A DNA stretch of 32,000 nt. Origin: Sedimentisphaera cyanobacteriorum. GTDB lineage: Bacteria > Planctomycetota > Phycisphaerae > Sedimentisphaerales > Sedimentisphaeraceae. Shown here in pieces: positions 24,742-32,000 of this stretch. Location of the stretch: contig NZ_CP019633.1 in the NCBI RefSeq assembly GCF_001997385.1, forward strand, positions 2,880,001 through 2,912,000, in the 5' to 3' direction. Position numbers and translations under genes: made by a program. Position 1 is the first letter of the stretch. Each line of letters opens with the position of its first letter. Below the pieces are notes generated by a model, which did not search any database, was not told where the DNA came from, and was given only the letters and a program-made list of their open reading frames with translations.

Positions 24742-25068
24742 TTAGACGAGTGAATCGAGCACGTCTGTTATGTCGTCTTTAGACACAAGACCAACCCACT
24801 GCTTCTGCACCTGTCCATCTTTGAACAGGATTACAGTAGGTATAGAAGAAATATTAAATTTCATGGCTGCTTCTCTGCTCTGGTCTGTATCAACTTTGCA
24901 CACCTTTGCTTTGCCTTTGTATTCTTCGGCAATTTCATCAATAACTGGTCCGAGCATTTTGCAGGGGCCGCACCAAGGTGCCCAAAAATCCACCAGTACC
25001 GGCGTATCCGAACCGTTAACCACTTCATCAAATTCTTGGTCGGTAAGCGCAATTGTATTTTCGCTCAT
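24742..25068 (-). CDS. trxA: Thioredoxin
   Basis: 108 aa with the active site WAPWCGPCK and the flanking motifs VLVDFWA and [10 protein letters not shown]. Confidence 0.92.
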   Translation of the reverse strand: MSENTIALTDQEFDEVVNGSDTPVLVDFWAPWCGPCKMLGPVIDEIAEEYKGKAKVCKVDTDQSREAAMKFNISSIPTVILFKDGQVQKQWVGLVSKDDITDVLDSLV

Positions 25069-25318
25069 ATTTAACCTCTATATTTTTGAGTTATTGTTTT
25101 TATAAACACTCGCTCTGATTTTAAGCAAAATAAAACGCAATGTCAAACGCAAACAACGTTCATTAGTTTCTTTAAATACATATATACATTACGCTTCACA
25201 ATGTTCACGATAATCGCAATAATCTAACCTTTTGCTAACAAACTGCTAATATTAACGCTTTATTATTTATTTTATTGTGTTATATTATGCTAATGCTAAG
25301 AAGGATTCAGAACGTAAT

Positions 25319-26014
25319 ATGGAAAAAGAAAAGATTCTGGTAGTAGAAGATGAGGCTGATGTAAGAGAACTGCTGTGTTACAATCTTAGGGCAAACGGAT
25401 TTGAGGTTGACACCTGCGGGGATGGTAAACTGGCGGTTGATAAAATTGAAGAATGGAAGCCTAATCTGGTTCTTCTTGATTTAATGCTTCCCGGCCTTGA
25501 CGGCTTCTCTGTATGCCGAAAGCTCAAAAATGAACCTAAGACGTCTGGTATAAGGGTAATTATGCTTACCGCCAGAGGCGATGAGGCAGATATAGTTACA
25601 GGCTTAGAGTTAGGTGCGGACGACTATATAACAAAGCCCTTCAGTCCGAAGGTTTTGACAGCACGGATAAATGCAGTGCTTCGAAGGCCAGGAAGGACAT
25701 CAGGAACCGGGGAGAAAGATTCCGGTCTTTTAAGGGTTCATGAAATTGAGATCGACACGAGGAAGTATCAGGTTTTTGTATCGGGCAAGCCCTGCAAGCT
25801 TACTTCTACAGAATTCCGCCTTCTCTGCTTCCTTGCTGCAAGGCCTGGGTGGGTTTTCACCCGCTACCAGATTGTTGACGCCGTACACGGGGCTGACTAT
25901 CCTGTAACCGACCGATCTGTTGATGTGCAGGTAGTCGGCCTGAGAAAGAAACTCAGAGAAGCGGGAAAATATATAGAAACCGTACGCGGCGTTGGATACA
26001 GATTTATTGAATAA
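25319..26014 (+). CDS. phoB: OmpR/PhoB-family response regulator (PhoB-like)
   Basis: KILVVEDEADVRELL, LLDLMLPGLDG, MLTARGDEADIVTGLELGADDYITKPFSPKVLTARINAVLRR and the winged-helix tail ETVRGVGYRF. It is very close to the E. coli PhoB pattern. I chose the start at 25319 over the GTG at 25277. Confidence 0.8.
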   Translation: MEKEKILVVEDEADVRELLCYNLRANGFEVDTCGDGKLAVDKIEEWKPNLVLLDLMLPGLDGFSVCRKLKNEPKTSGIRVIMLTARGDEADIVTGLELGADDYITKPFSPKVLTARINAVLRRPGRTSGTGEKDSGLLRVHEIEIDTRKYQVFVSGKPCKLTSTEFRLLCFLAARPGWVFTRYQIVDAVHGADYPVTDRSVDVQVVGLRKKLREAGKYIETVRGVGYRFIE

Positions 26015-26095
26015 AAATATCGCTAAAGCTGCCGGACTTTATAGATAAAATACTGTCTGCGCAGCGTTAAATGATTCTTAAGGGCGGCGCTGCTT

Positions 26096-27865
26096 ATGAA
26101 AAAGAAGAGCATCTTTTGGCGTTTTTTCCGTACAGTTTTTGCAGCAGTATTTCTTTCACTGCTTTTTTGTTTCAGCTCTCTTGATAAAACAATCAGCGAA
26201 GTTTCTGAAGACCTTAGCCAAAGAAATCTTTCAAATGCGGCCTCGCTTGCAGAAAAATTACTTCAAAGACACATTGAGAGCCTTGATTACGGCCAAATGG
26301 AAAGCATTTGCAAAATCCTTGGCAATAAAACAGACCTTAGATTTACAATAATTAACCATCAGGGGAATGTCCTTGCAGACAGCAGCGCCGCTGCATCAGG
26401 GCTTAAAAACTATTCAGACAATCCGCATTTTATTCAAGCCCTTAGAAGCAGAGAAAAACAAACAGAGATTTATACTGCCGGAGATGACGGGGCGATGTGC
26501 ATCTTCACTCCTGCGGGAAATTCAAATAAACGAAACTTCATACTCAAATGCTGCCTGAAACAGAGCATATCCTCGCAGTACTCTGCAATTATTGCCTCTG
26601 CAATGCTGAAAATCGCAAGTGTTTCTCTCATTCTCACTGCGATTTCTTCCGCCTTTCTGGCAAATATTACTATAAGGCCTCTGATAAAAATGCGTAAAGC
26701 AGTAATAGACTTCGCCGGAGGCAAGCTTGATAAAAAACTCGAGATCCCGGAAACGCACGAAATGGGCAGTCTTGCAAAGAGCCTGAACAATATGGCAAGA
26801 GAGCTGGACAGAAAAATCACCCAAATCACTGAACAGCAGACAAGTCAGGAGGCAATTTTAACTAGTATGGTGGAGGCGGTTGTAGCTCTGAGCAATGAAA
26901 ACAATGTAATAATGGCCAACAAGGCTGCTGTTGAGTTTTTCGGGCTTCAGGAAGGCTATATCGGGAGTTATTATGCTAATCTCATACGCAACACAGATTT
27001 CCAGCAGGCAGTGGAAAACACCACCACCAAAGGCTCTGCAAAAAAAGAAATTGTTCTGATGAGAAACAACAACGAATTCATACTCCACCTTCAAGGGACA
27101 GTACTGAAGAATCCTGCCGAGGAAACTATTGGTTCGCTCTACGTTCTCAATGATGTAACAGAAATCAAAAGGCTTGAGGCGATAAGGAAAGACTTCGTGG
27201 CCAACGTTTCCCACGAGCTGAAAACTCCGGTAACCTCAATTAAGGGCTTTGCTGAGATGCTTAAGGACGGCGGGATCAGCGACCCCGGCGATCAGGCCAA
27301 ATTTATCGGCATAATAGCTCGCCAAGCCCAGAGGCTTGAGGCAATAATAGAAGACCTGCTTTCAATCTCTAAACTCGAGCAGAAAGGGGACCAGCTCAGG
27401 GTTGACATTGAGCCTGCAGATATAAATGATATCGTGAGCTCGGCAATCCAGCTTTGCGAGAAAAGGGCTTCTCAGAAGAATATCTCCATACACCTGACAG
27501 CGAGTAAAGAGATTTTTAGTTCTGTTAACCCAAACCTTCTGGAACAGGCGGTAATTAATCTTATCGACAATGCTGTGAAATACAGCAGTGAAAACACAGA
27601 TGTCTATATTACAATCCATCAAGACAGCGAAGAAACGCGAATATCCGTTCATGACCACGGATGCGGCATACCAAAAAGCGAACAGAAAAGACTTTTTGAG
27701 CGTTTTTACCGCGTGGATAAAGGCAGAAGCCGAGAGCTCGGCGGTACGGGACTGGGGCTTTCCATCGTGAAGCATATCGTTTCTACCGTCCATGGCGGCA
27801 GGGTCAGCCTCGAAAGCACGCTCAACAAAGGAAGCACTTTCACTATACATTTGCCGAAAAAATAA
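26096..27865 (+). CDS. phoR: Sensor histidine kinase, PhoR-like (TM, sensor, TM, HAMP, PAS, HisKA, HATPase_c)
   Basis: The H-box is FVANVSHELKTPVTSIKGF. The PhoR-typical tail is RFYRVDKGRSRELGGTGLGLSIVKHIV. A HAMP-like segment is ITIRPLIKMRKAV...LAKSLNNMAREL. Confidence 0.75.
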   Translation: MKKKSIFWRFFRTVFAAVFLSLLFCFSSLDKTISEVSEDLSQRNLSNAASLAEKLLQRHIESLDYGQMESICKILGNKTDLRFTIINHQGNVLADSSAAASGLKNYSDNPHFIQALRSREKQTEIYTAGDDGAMCIFTPAGNSNKRNFILKCCLKQSISSQYSAIIASAMLKIASVSLILTAISSAFLANITIRPLIKMRKAVIDFAGGKLDKKLEIPETHEMGSLAKSLNNMARELDRKITQITEQQTSQEAILTSMVEAVVALSNENNVIMANKAAVEFFGLQEGYIGSYYANLIRNTDFQQAVENTTTKGSAKKEIVLMRNNNEFILHLQGTVLKNPAEETIGSLYVLNDVTEIKRLEAIRKDFVANVSHELKTPVTSIKGFAEMLKDGGISDPGDQAKFIGIIARQAQRLEAIIEDLLSISKLEQKGDQLRVDIEPADINDIVSSAIQLCEKRASQKNISIHLTASKEIFSSVNPNLLEQAVINLIDNAVKYSSENTDVYITIHQDSEETRISVHDHGCGIPKSEQKRLFERFYRVDKGRSRELGGTGLGLSIVKHIVSTVHGGRVSLESTLNKGSTFTIHLPKK

Positions 27866-28045
27866 AAAATATCGTAAAAATCACATCATCTGCGCCATTT
27901 ATTATTAACTGTCTTCCTACAATTTCGTCAGTCTTAAAAAACTGTATTCAGCTCAAAGCAGGGAGAGGTTTTAGGTACTCGGAAAATCAAATATCAAAAC
28001 TGTTATTTAATTAAAACCTATTAAATTTTTAAGGAGCTTACCAAA

Positions 28046-29962
28046 ATGAGAAAGACATTGATTTTTATGCTAATCTCAGCAGCCTTCTGCTTTGCAGAGA
28101 AGGTTTACCTCAGTGATTTGGATATTTCCAATACAAGGCAGGGCTGGGGCGAGCCGATGAAAGACAAATCTGTTGCGGGCAACCCAATCAAGATTAAAGG
28201 AAAAACATACAAAAAAGGCCTCGGCACACATTCCCACAGCATACTTGAGATAAAAGTTAATGGAGCGGAAAGGTTCAAAGCCCTTGCAGGCATTAATGAT
28301 GAAGTTATCGGGAATGATGCAGAAGTTCGCTTTATTGTTCTTGCAGACGGGGAGAAAATTTTTAGAAGCGGGAGGATTTCAGCAAATCAGAAGCCTGCGA
28401 AAGTTGATGTTTCGCTGAAAAATGCGAAAAAAATAACGTTAGTGGTAGAGCATCTTGGCTCAAACAACTTCGATCATGCAGACTGGGCAGATGCTTACTT
28501 CATATACTCCGGCAAAAAACCCGAAACCATCGGCAAGCCAGAAGAAAAGCCTTACATTCTCACACCCGAGGCTCCAAAAAGGCCTCTAATAAATTCGGCG
28601 AAGGTATTTGGCGTTCGCCCGGGCTCGCCCGTACTGTACCATATTGCTGCAACTGGCAAAAGACCAATGAAGTTTACGGCCTACAACCTACCGGACGGGC
28701 TCAAACTCAACAGCAAAACTGGAGATATTCGAGGAACTCTCAATAAAGAAGGGACGTATGAGTTTACCGCTGCTGCTGAGAATGAATTCGGCAGGGATTC
28801 GTGCGAGATACGGTTCGAGGCGGGCGATAAAATCTGCCTTACTCCGCCGCTTGGCTGGAACAGCTGGAACTGCTGGGGCTGCGCGGTGAATGAGGACAAG
28901 ATCAAAGATGCCGCAGACAGTATGGTTGAATCAGGGCTCATCAATTACGGCTGGCAGTACATAAACATAGATGACTGCTGGATGAGAGAACCGGGCGAGA
29001 ATGCCCGCGATGAGGAAGGAAACATCCTTTGCAACGACAAATTCCCCGATATGAAGGGCCTCGTGGACTACATACACGAAAAAGGGCTGAAGGCGGGAAC
29101 GTATATCTCTCCAGGGCCTTGGACTTGCCAGCGGCTTGAGGGCAGCTGGGAGCACGAAATGCAGGATGCAATGCAGTTTGCGGAATGGGGCTTCGACTAC
29201 CTCAAATACGACTGGTGCGGATACAGAAGCGTTGCACCGAAGAAAAAGGAACTGCACGACTACCAGAAACCGTATATCGTTATGCGTGAATGCCTTGATG
29301 AGGTGCCCAGAGATATCGTTTACAGCCTATGCCAGTACGGAATGGCTGATGTATGGAAGTGGGGAGCTGAAGTTGGCGGGAACTGCTGGCGCACCACAGG
29401 GGATATCAGAGACACTTGGGGAAGCGTTTCAAATATATTAAATAAACAGAAACAGCTTTATAAATATTCAAGCCCGGGACACTGGAACGACCCTGATATG
29501 CTCGTTGTAGGCGAGGTTGGCTGGGGGCCGAATTTGCATAAATCAAGGCTCAGCCCGAGCGAGCAGTACACACATATAACAATGTGGAGTATGCTCAATT
29601 CACCCCTGCTTATCGGATGCGATATGACAAAACTCGATGATTTCACGCTCAACCTGCTGTGCAACAGAGAGGTGATTGCGGTTAATCAGGACCCCCTCGG
29701 CAAGCAGGCGAGGATTGTGAGCTCTGAGAATGACTGCGAGGTATGGCTCAGAGAACTTGAAGGCGGGGATTATGCAGCGGCAATAGTTAATATGGGATAT
29801 ATGCAGAAGGAATGCGAATTCGACTTTGCCAAGGCCGGACTCTCAGGGGAGATTGAGGTGCGCGATCTTTGGAGGCAGAAAGACCTTGGAACATACCGGG
29901 GGGTTATCTCATTCAAGCTGCCAACCCACGGCTGCAGAATGCTGAAACTTACTGAGAAATAA
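28046..29962 (+). CDS. Secreted alpha-galactosidase (GH27) with N-terminal NPCBM domain and an Ig-like (He_PIG-type) linker domain
   Basis: NPCBM: YLSDLD...QGWGEP..DKSV.GNPIKIKGKTYKKGLGTHSHS...DHADWADAYF. Ig-like: YNLPDGLKLNSKTGDIRGT. GH27 core: TPPLGWNSWNCWG, YINIDDCW, DYLKYDWCG and WNDPDML. Confidence 0.85.
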   Translation: MRKTLIFMLISAAFCFAEKVYLSDLDISNTRQGWGEPMKDKSVAGNPIKIKGKTYKKGLGTHSHSILEIKVNGAERFKALAGINDEVIGNDAEVRFIVLADGEKIFRSGRISANQKPAKVDVSLKNAKKITLVVEHLGSNNFDHADWADAYFIYSGKKPETIGKPEEKPYILTPEAPKRPLINSAKVFGVRPGSPVLYHIAATGKRPMKFTAYNLPDGLKLNSKTGDIRGTLNKEGTYEFTAAAENEFGRDSCEIRFEAGDKICLTPPLGWNSWNCWGCAVNEDKIKDAADSMVESGLINYGWQYINIDDCWMREPGENARDEEGNILCNDKFPDMKGLVDYIHEKGLKAGTYISPGPWTCQRLEGSWEHEMQDAMQFAEWGFDYLKYDWCGYRSVAPKKKELHDYQKPYIVMRECLDEVPRDIVYSLCQYGMADVWKWGAEVGGNCWRTTGDIRDTWGSVSNILNKQKQLYKYSSPGHWNDPDMLVVGEVGWGPNLHKSRLSPSEQYTHITMWSMLNSPLLIGCDMTKLDDFTLNLLCNREVIAVNQDPLGKQARIVSSENDCEVWLRELEGGDYAAAIVNMGYMQKECEFDFAKAGLSGEIEVRDLWRQKDLGTYRGVISFKLPTHGCRMLKLTEK

Positions 29963-29991
29963 CACTCTGGTACTGAAAATCTAAAACAACA

Positions 29992-30029
29992 AATGGAGGA
30001 GCTGTTTTTTGCTTCTCCATTTTTGATTT
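29992..30029 (+). terminator. Rho-independent terminator of the alpha-galactosidase gene
   Basis: aatggaggagc-tgtttttt-gcttctccatt forms an 11-bp stem with one G-U pair and is followed by tttgattt. Confidence 0.65.
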
Positions 30030-30113
30030 CACTTTTTAATCGAACAATTGCAAGTTCAATACATTATATTCCTATGTCTTATCAATAAAAAATGAAATGA
30101 CAAGAAATTTTAC

Positions 30114-30141
30114 TTGACGTTTTCTGTAATACCATTAGAAT
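30114..30141 (+). promoter_or_regulatory. Strong sigma70-like promoter (TTGACG-16 nt-TAGAAT) with no ORF behind it
   Basis: TTGACG is at 30114..30119 and TAGAAT at 30136..30141. Confidence 0.5.
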
Positions 30142-30147
30142 TAGTTC

Positions 30148-30245
30148 TTAATAAAACAATTTAATTTTCTGATAAGTACTCCTTAAAAAATAACACTACA
30201 ATTTCCAAAACTTTCCCAAAAGCCGCCTTCTCGGCGGCTTTTTAT
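30148..30245 (+). ncRNA. Candidate small RNA (about 95-100 nt) between an orphan promoter and an intrinsic terminator
   Basis: There is no ATG-initiated ORF. The body is AU-rich and carries an exposed CUCCUU (30179..30184, anti-Shine-Dalgarno-like). It ends in a perfect GC hairpin plus U-tract. Confidence 0.4.
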
Positions 30246-30249
30246 TTTT
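30218..30249 (+). terminator. Canonical intrinsic terminator
   Basis: aaaaGCCGCC-ttctc-GGCGGCtttttattttt. The A-tract on the left makes it potentially bidirectional. Confidence 0.75.
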
Positions 30250-30339
30250 CATTTCCCGTTTTAGGGTTTATTGCAATGGCTATATATATTATAATTCCTG
30301 CGGATTTCCAAGCTATGTTAATATCTATAGGCGGGAACA

Positions 30340-32000
30340 ATGGGAAACATAAAAAGAATCTGGATACTTGTTTTAGCTGTTTTTTTCTTTTGCCCAGCGG
30401 TAAAGGCTGAGGACAAACGCGTTGACTGCTGGTTTGAAGTGGCCGAGATTTTCGGGTCTTCTGCAAGCGGAAGCATCATAGAAGAAGGCAGAGGCGAGCG
30501 ATTCTCAATAGACTACCAGAGCAAAAAAGCTGGAGACTTAAGCGTTGTTTACACCTCAGACAGCGTTCAGGAAAAGGAAATCGGCTTTATGGTTCCCTCT
30601 TATTCAGACTTTTGGGATGCAGGGCCGGAATGGCAGCTGCATATCTCAATGAAAAGCAACCACTCCGAGCCAACCAGATGGGCAGTTAGCATTGTAGATA
30701 TAAACGGAGGCAAAGCGATCTCGGAGATGGAATCAATCACCTCAGACAGCTGGGAAGAGGTGGAATTCAGTTCAGGACAGTTTAAGCCTTCCTATACAAA
30801 ATTCGATGAAACCAAACTGAAAACTTTCCAGATAAGAGCAAGACTGCCGCAGGGCAAGAAGCTCTGGTTTGATGATATATACTTCAAGAAGAAAAACGGC
30901 GAAACACTCGGCGTTATGGAAAAAACTATAGACCGAAGGATGGCTGAAGCTGAGAAAACAAGGCAGGCCAGAATAGAAGCCGCAATGCGAAGAGCGCAGA
31001 CTAAATCCCCCAGTTCCGTTCTCAATGCCTACTTCGCAAAGCTTTACCTCGACAGGCAAACCGAATCGATCAACCAGAAGCTTTATATTATATTCACAAC
31101 AAAAAACTCAGCCGTGCGCAAGCAGTTCGGGATAAACCAGCCGTGGAACCCATACCTCGACTCAATGCTTTTCAGGTTCTACTTCACCTTCAACCGCACC
31201 AGCGGCAAATTCAAGCGTCTTACAAGCGAGACCCAAAACGCACTTTTAGATTTGATCTGGGAGCGTAACCGAAGACGCAATGATATCAATATCGCCAAGA
31301 GGAGCAGCTGGGATATAGTAAACAGCGAATCGCTGGACTTATGCTTCAAAAGCGCTGCTCTTTTGAGCTCGCAAATATTCAAGAACCGAATGGGGTACGA
31401 AACAAAGGAGTATTTCGATTCCGGCAAAGGAGGCGGAGCGGGTTACTGGTTCCATATGAACGGCGATATAAAAACATTCGGCCCTCAAGGACGCGCAGAA
31501 CCGGAAGATAAGATCACGGGAAACAGCGAAGAGCATTACAATGCCTGGGTTGAATTTTTCAAGAGATACATCAAAGAGAGGGCAAAGAAAGGCTTTTTCA
31601 TTGCAAACGCGTCGCCTGTTTACGCCAAATACACAATAAACTATATATACGACATTCACGACTATTGTGAAGATGAAGAACTCAGAGAGCTTTGCGGGAA
31701 ATTCCTCGATCTCTACTGGGCAGACTGGCTGCAGGACAGCATAGCCGGCTATCGTGGAGGCGTGAAGATAAAGGATTATGCCGAGCTTGATGCGAGAGTG
31801 GATTCAACTCATCTTATGCTTCAGTATCACTTGGGCGGAGGCGGAACTGCCGAGATAATTACAATCAACCAGCTGCTCTCAGACTACAAACTGCCCGAGG
31901 TTCTATGGGATATGGCCTTAGACCGCCAAGCGCTCGGGGAATTCGAGTATATCTCAAGAAGGCCCGGGGAAGAGGAAAACAAACGCCCGCGTCCGCTGGG
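30340..32000 (+). CDS. Secreted protein of unknown function, 5'-partial view (more than 553 codons, runs off the window)
   Basis: This ORF is not in the supplied track because it has no stop inside the window. I translated it by hand from the ATG at 30340 and found no stop through 32000. The signal peptide is MGNIKRIWILVLAVFFFCPAVKA. The N-terminal beta-rich part ends in KLWFDDIYFKK and is followed by a helical region. All four track ORFs on the minus strand in this region are antisense to it. Confidence 0.7.
   Translation, partial: MGNIKRIWILVLAVFFFCPAVKAEDKRVDCWFEVAEIFGSSASGSIIEEGRGERFSIDYQSKKAGDLSVVYTSDSVQEKEIGFMVPSYSDFWDAGPEWQLHISMKSNHSEPTRWAVSIVDINGGKAISEMESITSDSWEEVEFSSGQFKPSYTKFDETKLKTFQIRARLPQGKKLWFDDIYFKKKNGETLGVMEKTIDRRMAEAEKTRQARIEAAMRRAQTKSPSSVLNAYFAKLYLDRQTESINQKLYIIFTTKNSAVRKQFGINQPWNPYLDSMLFRFYFTFNRTSGKFKRLTSETQNALLDLIWERNRRRNDINIAKRSSWDIVNSESLDLCFKSAALLSSQIFKNRMGYETKEYFDSGKGGGAGYWFHMNGDIKTFGPQGRAEPEDKITGNSEEHYNAWVEFFKRYIKERAKKGFFIANASPVYAKYTINYIYDIHDYCEDEELRELCGKFLDLYWADWLQDSIAGYRGGVKIKDYAELDARVDSTHLMLQYHLGGGGTAEIITINQLLSDYKLPEVLWDMALDRQALGEFEYISRRPGEEENKRPRPL

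Noticed and set aside
30242-31659. Minus-strand track ORFs (74-106 aa) at the right end
   Set aside because: All are antisense to the long open frame starting at 30340, or overlap the terminator at 30218..30249.

Overview
This 32-kb chromosomal window looks like it comes from a Planctomycetota/PVC-type bacterium. That assignment is an inference from three things: a 16S gene with a Planctomycetes-like EUB338 target region, a 16S gene not linked to a 23S gene, and LamG/GLUG/dockerin-tailed surface proteins.

The window has two parts.

(1) 1..5219 is an AT-rich accessory island. I read it as an Rhs-type polymorphic-toxin locus containing:
- one toxin-tip ORF split by an intact IS3-family (IS407-group-like) element with a perfect 4-bp target duplication;
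- two orphan cassettes of 'Rhs core end + variable toxin tip' that share a near-identical, GC-richer 159-nt core segment. One copy carries an odd in-frame 66-bp insertion that includes a 36-bp duplication;
- four small ORFs that are candidate immunity genes, including a tandem paralogous pair with a pseudopilin/DUF1559-like motif.

(2) 5220..32000 is mostly housekeeping and sensory genes:
- a divergent long chorismate synthase;
- a PhnD-domain hybrid histidine kinase with REC and Hpt domains;
- a 1602-aa gingipain(C25)-LamG-CBM-FN3-GLUG-dockerin surface protein;
- rdgB, an RluA-like protein that appears to lack the catalytic Asp, and a LamG/DUF1961-like secreted protein;
- recR, and dnaX carrying an A9 slippery run at the tau/gamma boundary;
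- a stand-alone 16S rRNA gene with a boxA leader and its own terminator;
- acpS, a parvulin-type lipoprotein, ppiB, trxA, phoB/phoR-like genes and an NPCBM-GH27 alpha-galactosidase;
- an orphan promoter-terminator pair bracketing about 100 nt (candidate sRNA);
- a long ORF that runs off the right edge and is absent from the supplied ORF track.

I saw no CRISPR array, tRNA, 23S or 5S gene. All domain calls are by-eye motif recognition and none has been checked by a search.
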